From: an uncultured Nitrospiraceae bacterium
Lineage (GTDB): Bacteria > Nitrospirota > Nitrospiria > Nitrospirales > Nitrospiraceae
Length of the DNA: 64,000 bases
Assembly: GCA_963846575.1 (NCBI GenBank)
Contig: CAWJWJ010000002.1
Span: forward strand, 1,568,001 to 1,632,000
Direction of reading: 5' to 3'
The notes beneath the pieces were generated by a model. That model was not told the origin of the DNA and made no database searches. It saw only the letters and a program-made list of their open reading frames with translations. The translations under genes and the position numbers were made by a program. Positions 40,808 to 51,298 of the stretch are shown in pieces (the first letter of the stretch is position 1; every line of letters starts with the position of its first letter).

Positions 40808-42223
40808 ATGAGCCAGTCACACATTCTCGTAATCGATGATGACCCTGCCGTCCGCCAGCTGCTGTCCGAGACTCTGGCCAATGAAGGGCATCACGTGACG
40901 ATGGTGTCCAGCGGTCTGGAGGGGGTCGAGGCTGTCAAAGACCAGCCGGTGCATGTCGTGTTGACCGATCTGCAAATGCCCGGCATCGACGGGTTGGAGA
41001 CCATCGACCGCATCTCGAAGGTGGACTCCAAGATCATCGCGATCGTCATGACTGGGTACGGAACGGTCGACTATGCGGTCCGGGCCATGAAGGCGGGGGC
41101 CTTTGATTTCATTACCAAACCGTTCGAACCCGATACCGTAGGCGTGGTCGTCAAGAAAGCGCTGGACGTCTACCGGTTAAAACAAGAAAACCATCTGCTC
41201 CGGAAGGCCGTGCGGGATCAATACCGTCTGGAGCATCTCGTGGGGACGAGCGCGCCGATGCGTATGGTGCTGGATTTCGTGGAAAAGGTGGCCGATAGCG
41301 ATAGCACGGTGCTAATCGAGGGCGAGAGCGGAACCGGCAAGGAATTGATCGCCAGGATGTTGCATTTCAACAGCATGCGGCGGGACCGCCCCCTCGTGCC
41401 GGTCAATTGTGGCGCAATCCCCGAGACGCTGCTGGAATCGGAGCTCTTCGGCCACGAAAAAGGAGCCTTTACGGGAGCGGCCCACACCAGACTGGGACGG
41501 TTCGAACTGGCCCACGGGGGGACCATCTTTCTGGATGAAGTGGGCGAAATGAGCTTGCCCTTGCAGGTGAAACTCCTTCGAGTGTTGCAGGAACGATGTT
41601 TCGAACGGGTCGGGGGAACGCGCACGATCAATGTGGACGTCCGCATTATTGCCGCCACGAACCAGGATCTGGCGCTGGCCGTCCAGGAGCGGCGGTTCCG
41701 TCAAGATCTCTACTATCGCCTTCACGTCATTCCTATCCACATCCCCCCCCTCCGTGAGCGCCGCAGCGACATTCCGCTCCTGGTCAACCATTTCATCGCT
41801 CAGTTTAATCAGTTGCGCCGCACCGAGATCTCCGGGATGGAGCCTGAGGCGTTGGCGCGCATGACGGAGGAGGAATGGCCGGGAAACATCCGCGAGCTGG
41901 AAAACATGATCGAGCGGTTAGCGGTCCTGAAGAAGAAGGGATGGATTACCGTCGGCGACCTGCCTGAAAATCCGGTCAAGATGACTGCTGGAAAGGCCAA
42001 CGAGGCGCCGGAACATTTCATACGGTTCTCCGAAGATGGAATTAATCTGACCAAAGAGCTGGAACATTATGAAAATCAGCTGATCGGCGAAGCCCTGCGC
42101 AAGGCCAACGGAATTACGAGCCGCGCCGCGCAGCTGCTGCAAGTGAACCGCACCACGTTGGTGGAAAAACTGAAACGGAAGGGGTTTGATCCCAAGAGCC
42201 ACGGCTACTCGATTCAAAACTGA
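40808..42223 (+). CDS. fleQ: Sigma54-dependent regulator, FleQ/FlrA-like flagellar master regulator with canonical receiver
   Basis: REC (LTDLQMPG), [26 protein letters not shown] and HTH NRTTLVEKL typical of FleQ/FlrA; heads the flagellar cluster; symbol tentative. Confidence 0.8.
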   Translation: MSQSHILVIDDDPAVRQLLSETLANEGHHVTMVSSGLEGVEAVKDQPVHVVLTDLQMPGIDGLETIDRISKVDSKIIAIVMTGYGTVDYAVRAMKAGAFDFITKPFEPDTVGVVVKKALDVYRLKQENHLLRKAVRDQYRLEHLVGTSAPMRMVLDFVEKVADSDSTVLIEGESGTGKELIARMLHFNSMRRDRPLVPVNCGAIPETLLESELFGHEKGAFTGAAHTRLGRFELAHGGTIFLDEVGEMSLPLQVKLLRVLQERCFERVGGTRTINVDVRIIAATNQDLALAVQERRFRQDLYYRLHVIPIHIPPLRERRSDIPLLVNHFIAQFNQLRRTEISGMEPEALARMTEEEWPGNIRELENMIERLAVLKKKGWITVGDLPENPVKMTAGKANEAPEHFIRFSEDGINLTKELEHYENQLIGEALRKANGITSRAAQLLQVNRTTLVEKLKRKGFDPKSHGYSIQN

Positions 42224-42247
42224 ACTCCCTGCCTTCGTTCCCACTCC

Positions 42248-42261
42248 GTCAAATTCTTGAC
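42248..42261. promoter_or_regulatory. FleQ-type dyad enhancer
   Basis: GTCAAATTCTTGAC (GTCAA-N4-TTGAC), about 105 bp upstream of a sigma54 promoter. Confidence 0.55.
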
Positions 42262-42365
42262 CGCCTCGCTCATTAGCTTGTCGGGCTTTCTGACAGCACG
42301 GGCCAGGCGCGCCGGTTGTAATCAGAAATACGTGCGTGATAAGGCCGTTTGCCCATGGGGACAAG

Positions 42366-42381
42366 GGGCATAGGACTTGCT
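42366..42381 (+). promoter_or_regulatory. Sigma54 promoter of the TPR-fleS-fleR operon
   Basis: GGGCATAGGACTTGCT (GG-N10-GC). Confidence 0.65.
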
Positions 42382-42394
42382 GATTCGCCCCTCC

Positions 42395-44566
42395 GTGCAA
42401 CTCGCGGCTTTACCTCAACGATCAGTCTGGCTGCTCGCCATCCTCGCGCTTCTGCTCGGCGGAATGACAGCGCGTGGCTTGCCCTCCACCCGGGCAGCTG
42501 ATCTGCCCTCGCCGGCCCGGCCGGACATGCCGACCAGCCTCCCTGAACCTCCGGAACTGACTCGGGGAGCCCTACCGGACCAGGGACCCCGGTTCGAACG
42601 GCTGACCGAAAGCCCGGCCTGGAAGCAGTTTCAACAGGGAGTCGACTTATATTTCCAAGGCTACTTTGTCGAGGCCCGGCATCACTTCACCAACATGCTT
42701 CGAGAACATCGAGAACCGAAACTGGCGTCCGCAATTCAGGCATTTGTCGCGGAAAGTACCTTGAAGATCAGCGGACAGGACATCCGGCCAGTCGAAATCA
42801 TCGAGCTGTATCAGACCTTGCTGAGGGAGGATCCCCATTCCACTAACGCCAAACGCGCGGCCTGGAGAATCGGTGACGTCTATCGCGGGGAGGGCTGGTA
42901 TCAGGAAGCGCAGATTGCCTATCAACATGCCCTCGGGCTCTCCGATCAGGATTCCTACGATGCCACGCGGGCCCTGCTCGGGCTGGGTTACGCCTTCCGT
43001 GGCATCAACAAGTGGAAAGACAGTGTGCAGACTTTCGACAATGTGTTGAAGCGGACCACCGACCCGAGCCTGCTGGCGTTCGCCTCGCTGGGACAAGCCC
43101 ATAGCCTCTATCGATTGGGACGTATCAAGGACGCTGACCAGTTATACGAAGGTGTCGCCGCTCGATGGCCCACGGTCTTTCGAAGGGACCCCTATGCGCT
43201 GTTACGGTATGCGGATACTGCCGGCGAAGCGCATCGCCCTGCCGTCATGCGGGAACAACTCCTCCGGTTTTATAATCTCTATCCCTCCAGGCCGGAAAAT
43301 CCCCAGGTGTTGGCGCATGTTGCGGATAGTTATCAAGAGGCCGGCCGATGGGAAGAGGCGAGCCTGTTTTACGCCGCCCTGGTAAATCAGTACCCCGCGG
43401 CGCCTGTCGCGGCCATGGCCAAGCTGCGGTACACGGCGGTCCAGGAGCACCTCGACCCGGAAGACGGGATGGTCAACCTTCGTCAAACAGTGACCGCCAG
43501 GCTTTCGAACATTCCCATGGCACCGGGCGAGTCTCTGCGTCCGGTCGAGCTATTTGAACAGAGCGCACGGCAATATGACGACTCCCCGGTCGGCAGCGAG
43601 GCGTTGTTTCATCTTGCCCGGACCTTTGAGCGGGCGGAAAAACGCGAGGAGGCGCTGGCGGCCTACGAACGATTGGTGCTGCGAGCCGGAAAAATCGAGA
43701 ACGACCCCTGGCCCGAAAAAGGCGGGGCGCAGCTCGTCAGATTTCTGCGCCCCCGCCTCGAGGCGGCGGTAAAGGCTCGGGACGACTTCGAGACCATCAG
43801 CGCCTTTCATCGACATGGTCCCATGGCCGACGGTCTTTACGCAGGCACCGATCTGCTGCTCAACATCGCCGATGCCCACCAGCGGCTCGGTTTTCCCGGC
43901 GAGGCTGCCCGTCTGTACCAGGCGCTGATCCGGGACCCGAAAGCCGAATCATTCCATGAAGTGGCGATCATCGAACTCGGCCATAGTTACCTTGAGCAGA
44001 AAGACTGGCGCGCGGCCCGCTCCGTCTTCGAACGGTATCGTCTGCAATTTCCGGTCGGCCGATTCGGCGCGGATGCGGTGTTGGGAATTTTGACCTCGCT
44101 GGGAGGGGAGGGGCATGTGGCCGCACTGATTAAGTTAGGCCACCAGTGGTTGCGGCATCATCCACGTCATGCCGACCGTCTCCCGGTTCTCCTGAAGATG
44201 GCCGACGCCTTCGGACAGGCCAAACAGTATGGTGAAGCGGCGGCGCTCTACGACGAGATGCTGAAGGCCGGCATGACCTTGCCGGCCGTGCACGTGATCC
44301 GTCACGCCGATGCCCTGGTCCATCTGAACCGCCCTCAACCGGCCCTGTCTTTCTACAAACAGGCCTTGGCCGAAGGCCTTCCGCCGGAATATGAAACCTG
44401 GGCGCAGTTTCAGGTGGTCCGGTTGGCCCGCCATGCCAAACGGCAGGATCTGGCCCAGAGGGGCCTACGCGCACTCAGCGAACATCCCGACAGCCTCGTC
44501 CGACGCATGGCCGCCGTCGTGCAGAGCGACCAGGCGCGACCTGCGACACCGCCAGGAAATCGATGA
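42395..44566 (+). CDS. Exported tetratricopeptide-repeat protein
   Basis: Signal-like N-terminus and many TPR-like helical repeats (A...LG..Y); start placed at GTG 42395 because TTG 42377 lies inside the promoter. Confidence 0.85.
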   Translation: MQLAALPQRSVWLLAILALLLGGMTARGLPSTRAADLPSPARPDMPTSLPEPPELTRGALPDQGPRFERLTESPAWKQFQQGVDLYFQGYFVEARHHFTNMLREHREPKLASAIQAFVAESTLKISGQDIRPVEIIELYQTLLREDPHSTNAKRAAWRIGDVYRGEGWYQEAQIAYQHALGLSDQDSYDATRALLGLGYAFRGINKWKDSVQTFDNVLKRTTDPSLLAFASLGQAHSLYRLGRIKDADQLYEGVAARWPTVFRRDPYALLRYADTAGEAHRPAVMREQLLRFYNLYPSRPENPQVLAHVADSYQEAGRWEEASLFYAALVNQYPAAPVAAMAKLRYTAVQEHLDPEDGMVNLRQTVTARLSNIPMAPGESLRPVELFEQSARQYDDSPVGSEALFHLARTFERAEKREEALAAYERLVLRAGKIENDPWPEKGGAQLVRFLRPRLEAAVKARDDFETISAFHRHGPMADGLYAGTDLLLNIADAHQRLGFPGEAARLYQALIRDPKAESFHEVAIIELGHSYLEQKDWRAARSVFERYRLQFPVGRFGADAVLGILTSLGGEGHVAALIKLGHQWLRHHPRHADRLPVLLKMADAFGQAKQYGEAAALYDEMLKAGMTLPAVHVIRHADALVHLNRPQPALSFYKQALAEGLPPEYETWAQFQVVRLARHAKRQDLAQRGLRALSEHPDSLVRRMAAVVQSDQARPATPPGNR

Positions 44567-45822
44567 ACATGCCGTTGCCGGATCCCGATCAATCCAAAAA
44601 CGATTTACTCACGCGTGCCTTCCGCGATTTCGATCAGGCGGCCACCGTGTTGCAGCAATCGTATGATGCCTTGACGACCAGGCTCCAGCAGATGGATCTC
44701 GAACTGGCTCAAACCAATGCCAGTCTTCGTGAGCATCTCCGGGAGACCGAGGAAATGCGCGCCCACGTCACGGCCGTGCTGGAATCGTTGGATACGGGGG
44801 TCATTGTCGCCGATTCCCAGGATCTGGTCACGCGCTGCAATCACTCGACCGAGCGCCTGTTGGGAATCTCGCAGGCAGAACTCCAAGGACGGCGCGCCAC
44901 CGAGATACTCGCAGAGATCCGGAAAGATCACGGGGAGTACCCCCTGATTCTTCACAGCGGCATTGCGATTTCCCTTTCCCAGACCGACCTGACTGATGCG
45001 TCGGGAACCCTGATCGGCAAGTTAGTCCTGATCCATGACGTCACGCGCGTCCGGCAGCTCGAAGATCGCCTGCAGCGGCGCAACCGGTTGGAGGCAATGG
45101 GACAGATGGTGGGGTGCATCGCGCATGAAATCCGTAATCCTCTCGGAAGCGTCGAACTCTTCGCCTCGCTCCTGCGCAAAGATCTGCGCGACCAGCCGGA
45201 ATTGAAAACCTATGCTGAACATATCTCCATGGCGGTGCAGTCGATGGACCGCCTCCTGTCCAACCTGCTGGTGTACACCAAACCCGATTGTTCCAACGCG
45301 GCGTGGCAGGGGACCGAGTCCCTGATTCAGGGCGTGCTCACTCTCGCGTCCCACGCGACCGCAGCGGCCTCTATCCAGATTCGTTGTCATGTCGATCCTC
45401 AGGTACCCAGCCTGTGGTGCGATGGCGGGAAAATGAACCAGATCCTGCTCAACCTGGTGCTCAATGCCGTCCAGGCCATGCCCGAGGGCGGCATCCTGAC
45501 TATCGCCGCCACCGTCGCCCCGCCCCCGATTTCGGATGTCCCTGCCGTTCAACTCACCGTCAGCGACACGGGCATCGGCATTCCGACCGAACTGCAGTCT
45601 CGTGTATTCGATCCGTTCTTTACGACCAAAGATCACGGAACCGGGCTCGGGCTCGCCATCGTGCATGCGTTGGTCGAAGCGCATCACGGGCGCATCGACG
45701 TCGAAAGTCATGTGGGGCGAGGCACATCGTTTGTCATGACATTACCACGAGGGCCGGTCCGGACCGCCTCGATCGCGGCCGAGGCTATCGCTGTTCGATC
45801 GGTGACGCCCGTCGGATCATGA
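44563..45822 (+). CDS. fleS: PAS sensor histidine kinase, FleS/FlrB-like
   Basis: N-terminal AF..F..A...L..SY..L coiled coil, PAS, IAHEIRNPLGS, NLVLNA.QAM, DTGIGI, FFTTK and GTGLGL. Confidence 0.85.
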   Translation: MNMPLPDPDQSKNDLLTRAFRDFDQAATVLQQSYDALTTRLQQMDLELAQTNASLREHLRETEEMRAHVTAVLESLDTGVIVADSQDLVTRCNHSTERLLGISQAELQGRRATEILAEIRKDHGEYPLILHSGIAISLSQTDLTDASGTLIGKLVLIHDVTRVRQLEDRLQRRNRLEAMGQMVGCIAHEIRNPLGSVELFASLLRKDLRDQPELKTYAEHISMAVQSMDRLLSNLLVYTKPDCSNAAWQGTESLIQGVLTLASHATAAASIQIRCHVDPQVPSLWCDGGKMNQILLNLVLNAVQAMPEGGILTIAATVAPPPISDVPAVQLTVSDTGIGIPTELQSRVFDPFFTTKDHGTGLGLAIVHALVEAHHGRIDVESHVGRGTSFVMTLPRGPVRTASIAAEAIAVRSVTPVGS

Positions 45823-45847
45823 GCACAACTGAAGAGGAGAGCTACCC

Positions 45848-47269
45848 ATGAGCGTGCAACAGGCTGTGCAGGGACCGTCCACCTCATCCGAGGACGTGCG
45901 GACCGTCTTGATTGTCGATGACGAGCCGTCAATGCGTGCGGCCTTGTCGGAGACCGTCCGGCGGCTGGGCTATCAGGTGCGCGGCGCGATCGACGGTGCC
46001 GATGCCCTCGACCAGATGGAACGTCTCAAGCCGTGGCTGGTGGTCACGGATCTGAAAATGCCGCGATTGAACGGCCTGGACCTGGTCAGGGCCATCAAGC
46101 AGAAAGCTCCCCAGACATTCATCATCCTCATGACCGCCTATGGCACCGTCGAGACCGCCGTGGAAGCGATGAAATACGGCGCGAACGATTATATTTTGAA
46201 GCCCTTTTCCACTGATCTGCTGGAGCGAGTCATCCTGAACCTGCAGGCCACCACCGCCGTGGACGAGGACCAGGACGGGCCGGCCACGCTGGAAGCCCGG
46301 GCAATCCTGACCCAGGATCCCGGTATGGTCCGCCTGCTGACGACGTTGGAAGGCGTCGCGGCCAGCCAGGCCACGGTCCTGATCAGCGGCGAGAGCGGGA
46401 CGGGCAAGGAGTTGCTGGCTCGCTACATCCACGCGCGCAGCCCCCGCGCCCATCGTCCGTTCGTGGCGTTGAACTGCGCGGCGCTTCCCGACAGTCTGCT
46501 GGAGAGCGAGCTCTTCGGGCATGAACGAGGCGCCTTTACGGGAGCGATTCAGAAAAAGCTGGGCAAGTTCGAGATGGCCCATACCGGCACGTTGTTTCTC
46601 GACGAAATTAGCGAAATGAATCTGGGACTGCAGGCCAAACTGCTGCGCGTGCTGCAAGAGCGCGAGGTGGATCGGATCGGCGGCCGGGAACCGGTGCCGG
46701 TCAATATCCGCGTCATCGCCACGACCAATCGCTCGCTCTACCATGAAGTGACTCAGGGACGGTTCCGGGAGGATCTGTTTTATCGGTTGAATGTGTTTCC
46801 TGTCACCGTGCCGCCGCTTCGCGAACGGCCGGGGGATATTCCGCTCCTGGCACGTCACTTTCTCCGCACCTCCGCACAACGCAATGGCCTCGTGATGCCG
46901 ACCTTGTCCGAGCGCGCCGTGGCGGATCTCCAATGCCGGCCCTGGAAAGGCAATGTCCGCGAACTGGAAAACGTGATGGAACGCGCCATCCTGGTGGCCG
47001 GCGGAGCAGCCGTGGATGTACACCACCTGATGCCGGGCGATGGGACGGTCCTGGTGCGGGAGGCGGAATCGGTCGCGTTGCCCCTTCCGCCGTCGGCGCA
47101 CGGCTCGCTGTGGGAAATGGAGCGGGACCTCATTTTCAAGACATTGGCCCGCGTCAAAGAAAATAGAACCCACGCCGCCAAGGAATTGGGAATCAGCATT
47201 CGCACCTTGCGCAACAAACTGCGGGAATACCGGGGCATGGGGTATCCGGTGGAAGCCGAAAAATCCTGA
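45848..47269 (+). CDS. fleR: Sigma54-dependent response regulator, FleR/FlrC-like
   Basis: [28 protein letters not shown] and [15 protein letters not shown]. Confidence 0.85.
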   Translation: MSVQQAVQGPSTSSEDVRTVLIVDDEPSMRAALSETVRRLGYQVRGAIDGADALDQMERLKPWLVVTDLKMPRLNGLDLVRAIKQKAPQTFIILMTAYGTVETAVEAMKYGANDYILKPFSTDLLERVILNLQATTAVDEDQDGPATLEARAILTQDPGMVRLLTTLEGVAASQATVLISGESGTGKELLARYIHARSPRAHRPFVALNCAALPDSLLESELFGHERGAFTGAIQKKLGKFEMAHTGTLFLDEISEMNLGLQAKLLRVLQEREVDRIGGREPVPVNIRVIATTNRSLYHEVTQGRFREDLFYRLNVFPVTVPPLRERPGDIPLLARHFLRTSAQRNGLVMPTLSERAVADLQCRPWKGNVRELENVMERAILVAGGAAVDVHHLMPGDGTVLVREAESVALPLPPSAHGSLWEMERDLIFKTLARVKENRTHAAKELGISIRTLRNKLREYRGMGYPVEAEKS

Positions 47270-47387
47270 TGGTACGGCTCATGGGACTGGGCAAATTTTT
47301 CCCTGGAAGCGTCATCCTTGCCGGGCGCCGCGGCCGCTGGCAAGACCTTGGGCTCCTCACTCAGTTCGCACCCTCGCCGCGAGAGCG

Positions 47388-47403
47388 CGGTATACAGATT
47401 GCA
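47388..47403 (+). promoter_or_regulatory. Sigma54 promoter of the flgB operon
   Basis: CGGTATACAGATTGCA (GG-N10-GC), about 40 bp before the flgB ATG. Confidence 0.65.
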
Positions 47404-47444
47404 TTTTCGTATGGCCGGTCCCAACAAGCCCAGGAGTTATCACG

Positions 47445-47852
47445 ATGACTATTTTTGACCGGACCATGCAATTGCTCGAGCGTTCGCTGGACCTCCGGGG
47501 GGCGAGGCAACAGGTCATTGCGGCGAACATCGCCAACGAAGAAACCCCAAAATATCGGGCGACGGATCTCAATTTCGGACAGGCCCTGGCCAACGCGCAA
47601 CGCGGCAAGCTTCCCATTACCCTGGCCTCCACGAACCAGCACCATATCGGCCCGAAGGGGTCCGGCTATCAGCAGGTGGTGGGGCGAGTCGAGGAGGTCC
47701 CCGCGGCAGACATGCCCTTGGACGCCAATAGCGTCAACATCGAACTCGAAATGGCCAAGATGTCCGATAACGCCCAGCAGTACAACACGGCGGCGACGAT
47801 CATCGGGATGCGATTCAAGCAATTGATGACGGCGATCCGCGAAGGACGGTAA
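47445..47852 (+). CDS. flgB: Flagellar basal-body rod protein FlgB
   Basis: RQQVIAANIAN.ETP.Y.A.D and D.NSV.IE.EM; AGGAG RBS. Confidence 0.95.
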   Translation: MTIFDRTMQLLERSLDLRGARQQVIAANIANEETPKYRATDLNFGQALANAQRGKLPITLASTNQHHIGPKGSGYQQVVGRVEEVPAADMPLDANSVNIELEMAKMSDNAQQYNTAATIIGMRFKQLMTAIREGR

Positions 47853-47915
47853 GGGTGAGGCCGTGAGGCGGCGCCCGGGTTTGACAGCCAAGAACTTTCA
47901 ACGAAGAGGTGCGTG

Positions 47916-48365
47916 ATGGATATGACGGATAGTCTCGCAGTGTCGGTTTCCGCGCTGGATGCTCACCGGCATCGATTGAATGTCATCGCCAGCAACCTCG
48001 CCAATGCCCAGTCCACGAAGACCAATACCGGCGGCCCCTACCGGCGCAGGGACGTGGTGTTCCAGGCGACCCCGGTCACATCGCCGTTTCAGCGGGCCTT
48101 CAAACAGGTCAGCAGCGGCCCGGGCCGGCATGCCCTGGATGGAGTCAAAGTAGCCAGGGTCATTGAAGACCAAAGGCCCGGACAGACCGTCTACGATCCC
48201 CGGCACCCCGACGCGGACAAAAAGGGGTTTGTCACGATGCCGAACGTGAACGTCATGGAAGAAATGGTCAATATGATCGGGGCCTCCCGAGCCTACGAGG
48301 CCAACGTCCAGGCGATTAACGCGACCCGTACCATGTGGAACCGGGCCCTGGAGATCGGGAGGTAA
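47916..48365 (+). CDS. flgC: Flagellar basal-body rod protein FlgC
   Basis: IASNLANA.ST...GGPYRR, YDP.HPDA...G.V.MPNVN..EEMV.MI.ASRAYEAN. Confidence 0.97.
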   Translation: MDMTDSLAVSVSALDAHRHRLNVIASNLANAQSTKTNTGGPYRRRDVVFQATPVTSPFQRAFKQVSSGPGRHALDGVKVARVIEDQRPGQTVYDPRHPDADKKGFVTMPNVNVMEEMVNMIGASRAYEANVQAINATRTMWNRALEIGR

Positions 48366-48367
48366 TC

Positions 48368-48682
48368 ATGGCCGATCTGCGTATCGCGGGAGCAAACCTG
48401 CCGGGCGCGATCAACATTCCTGAGATCCATGCGCCCGGCCAAAGCGGCGAGGCCGGGGCGGCGGGCAATTTCATGGGGTCCCTCAAGGAGGCGATCAGCC
48501 ATATTAATGACGCCCAATCCGGCGCGAGCCAAGCGGTTGACGCATTGGTGACCGGACAGACCACCAATATCCATCAGACCATGGTGGCCCTGCAGCAGGC
48601 CGATGTGTCATTTCAGTTGATGATGCAGGTGCGGAACAAACTGGTGTCGGCGTACGAAGAAATCCAGCGCATGCAAATTTAG
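48368..48682 (+). CDS. fliE: Flagellar hook-basal body protein FliE
   Basis: IHQTMVA.QQA..SFQ...QVRNKLV.AYEEI.RMQI. Confidence 0.96.
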   Translation: MADLRIAGANLPGAINIPEIHAPGQSGEAGAAGNFMGSLKEAISHINDAQSGASQAVDALVTGQTTNIHQTMVALQQADVSFQLMMQVRNKLVSAYEEIQRMQI

Positions 48683-48730
48683 CGGCGGTTCATCGTCCCG
48701 CGATATCGCGAATAAAGGATTCGGCCTCCT

Positions 48731-50290
48731 ATGTTTTCGAAATTCAGCCAGTTCACGATCAATCAGCGCTTCATCATCCTGCTCGCGCTCGCAGGCTCCA
48801 TCGCAGGGCTGGTGGCGGTCACGCTGTGGACGCAGCAACCGGATATGCAGGTCCTCTTCGCGAACCTGGCGGTCGACGATGCGTCGGGGATCATCGATAA
48901 GCTGAAGGATGCGAAGGTGCCGTACGAAACGACCAACGGCGGCACCACGATTCTGGTGCCGAACGCGCAAGTACACGATCTGCGTCTGGAAATGGCCGGT
49001 CACGGGCTCCCTCACGGAGGAGGGGTGGGGTATGAAATTTTTGACCGGACCACGATGGGCATGTCTGACTTCGTGCAGAAACTGAATTATCGCCGGGCCT
49101 TGCAAGGCGAGTTGGCCCGGACTATTACGCAGATGCCGCAGGTCGAGCGGGCCCGCGTGCACTTGGCAATTCCCGAACGACGCCTGTTTGCCACGGAACA
49201 GGATCGTGCCCGCGCGTCCGTGGTGGTGTCGCTGCGCGCCAGTCAAACGTTGTCCAAAGCGCAGATTCAGGGGGTGGTCCATCTCGTATCCAGCAGCGTC
49301 GAAGGCCTCCAGGCGCGGGACGTCACCGTCGTCGACGGCCTTGGCAATCTGCTCTCCAATAGCTCGAGTGACGAATCGGCAGGGCTGTCAGGGACCCAGA
49401 TGGAATACCAGCGGACCTTGGAGAAGGATATCGAGACCAGGATTCAGACGATGCTGGAGCGCATCGTCGGAGTGAACAAAGCGGTCGTCCGCGTCTCGAG
49501 CGTCCTGGATTTCAGAAAAATCGAAACGACCGAGGAGCGCTACGATCCGAACGGGCAGGTGGTTCGGAGCGAACAACGCGGGCAGGAGCGATCCAGCGGC
49601 GTGAACGGGATCTCCGGCGGGGTGCCGGGAGTCGAATCGAACGTGCCGGGAGGCACGGAAGTCGATGGCGGCGGCCAAACCAGTTCGAACAACAATCAGA
49701 CCAAGAACGAAACCGTCAATTACGAGATCAGCCGGACGGTCTCACGGATCGTGGAACCGACCGGGACTATCAAGAAGTTGTCGGTGGCGGTCCTGGTGGA
49801 CGGGACCTATGAGGCAGCCAAGGCCGGGGAGGCGGCGGCAGATCAGCCGAAGAAGTACGTGCCACGCTCCGAAGAGGAGGTGAAACGGATTGAGGACATC
49901 GTCAAGAAGGCCATGGGGTATTCGAGCGAACGGCAGGATCAGGTGGAAGTCGTGAGCATACAGTTCGGCCTCGGGCCGGAGGAGCCGGTCGGCGCCGCCG
50001 TCGAAGCCACGCCGGACCCGAGCAAACTCTGGATGCCATACGTCCGGTATGCCGTGGGCGGCGTCCTGTTCTTCCTGATCCTCTTCATGGTGGTGCGCCC
50101 TCTCATGACGATGTTAGTGAGTTCGGCGCCGGCCGCGGTCCCGAACGAGACACCCGCGCTGCCGGCTTCGGTCGGGCAAGTCGAAGCCGCCATCAGCGGC
50201 AGACAACCCTCCCAGATTCTCGACATGGCGAAGAACAATCCCGCCAATACCGCCGTGGTCGTCAAGCAATGGTTAAAGAGTAACGCGTAA
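48731..50290 (+). CDS. fliF: Flagellar MS-ring protein FliF
   Basis: VGYEIFD, YRRALQGELARTI, ARVHLAIP, ASVVV, GGVPGV.SN and NYEISR. Confidence 0.97.
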   Translation: MFSKFSQFTINQRFIILLALAGSIAGLVAVTLWTQQPDMQVLFANLAVDDASGIIDKLKDAKVPYETTNGGTTILVPNAQVHDLRLEMAGHGLPHGGGVGYEIFDRTTMGMSDFVQKLNYRRALQGELARTITQMPQVERARVHLAIPERRLFATEQDRARASVVVSLRASQTLSKAQIQGVVHLVSSSVEGLQARDVTVVDGLGNLLSNSSSDESAGLSGTQMEYQRTLEKDIETRIQTMLERIVGVNKAVVRVSSVLDFRKIETTEERYDPNGQVVRSEQRGQERSSGVNGISGGVPGVESNVPGGTEVDGGGQTSSNNNQTKNETVNYEISRTVSRIVEPTGTIKKLSVAVLVDGTYEAAKAGEAAADQPKKYVPRSEEEVKRIEDIVKKAMGYSSERQDQVEVVSIQFGLGPEEPVGAAVEATPDPSKLWMPYVRYAVGGVLFFLILFMVVRPLMTMLVSSAPAAVPNETPALPASVGQVEAAISGRQPSQILDMAKNNPANTAVVVKQWLKSNA

Positions 50291-50299
50291 TCGATCGCG

Positions 50300-51298
50300 A
50301 TGATAAATAAAGAACTCACGGGTGCGCAGAAGGCTGCGATTCTGTTACGGGCAATGGGGGAGGAGGCTGCCGCGAGCGTCATGAAGGCGCTTGATCCGAA
50401 GGATATCCGCAAACTCGGCTCCTTCATGAAGGAGACGGCGAACATCACCAAGCAGGAAGAAGAGAGCGTGATCGCCGAATTCGAGAAGGCGAGTTCCTCC
50501 GGAGAAGTGCAGTTCGAGGGGCGGGAGTTCATGGAAGCCATCCTGAAAAAAGCCCTGGGACCGGAAAAGGCCGCCCGGATGCTGGATTCCTTGAACACAA
50601 AAACCTATCCCGGAATCGACGCGTTGAAATGGGTCGACCCTCGCACCGTGGCGCAAATCCTCAAAATCGAACATCCTCAGACCATCGCGGTCTGTCTCGG
50701 ACAAATGGAGGCGGAGCAAGCCAGCGCGGTCCTGGGGCTGCTGCCGGTGCACTTGCATGCGGATGTCTCGCTGCGCCTGGCCACCATGCAGGAGGTGCAG
50801 CCCGACGTGCTGGCGGAATTGAGCGAGAGCCTGCAGGAGATCCTGGCGGCCTCGATGGGTATGTCCAGCATGACGGTCGGCGGGACCGAACTGATGGCCA
50901 ATATCCTCACGCGAGTCGACAAGACCACCGAAGGCGCCATCATGGCGAAAATCTCCGAACACGATCAGACCCTGGCGGACAGCATCCGGGCCCTGATGTT
51001 CGTCTTCGACGACCTGATCGAGCTGGATTCCCGTGGCATGCAGGAACTGATGAAGGAGATCAGCAAGGAAGATCTGCCGATCGCGTTGCGCGGCGCCACC
51101 CCGGAGATGCGAGACAAATTTCTCAGCAATATGTCCAGCCGCGCGGCGGAGATGCTCAAGGAAGACATGGAAGCCCGCGGACCGGTCAAGGTGTCGGATG
51201 TGGAGAAATCCCAGCAGAACATTCTCAAGGTCTGTCGAAAGCTGGAAGAGGAGGGCCGTATCGTAGTCGGTGGCGGCGCGGGGGAGGAACTGTTGTAG
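50300..51298 (+). CDS. fliG: Flagellar motor switch protein FliG
   Basis: LTG.QKAAILL..MGEE, EHPQTIA, MFVFDDL and NMS.RAA..L.EDM...GPV..SDVE.SQ. Confidence 0.97.
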   Translation: MINKELTGAQKAAILLRAMGEEAAASVMKALDPKDIRKLGSFMKETANITKQEEESVIAEFEKASSSGEVQFEGREFMEAILKKALGPEKAARMLDSLNTKTYPGIDALKWVDPRTVAQILKIEHPQTIAVCLGQMEAEQASAVLGLLPVHLHADVSLRLATMQEVQPDVLAELSESLQEILAASMGMSSMTVGGTELMANILTRVDKTTEGAIMAKISEHDQTLADSIRALMFVFDDLIELDSRGMQELMKEISKEDLPIALRGATPEMRDKFLSNMSSRAAEMLKEDMEARGPVKVSDVEKSQQNILKVCRKLEEEGRIVVGGGAGEELL

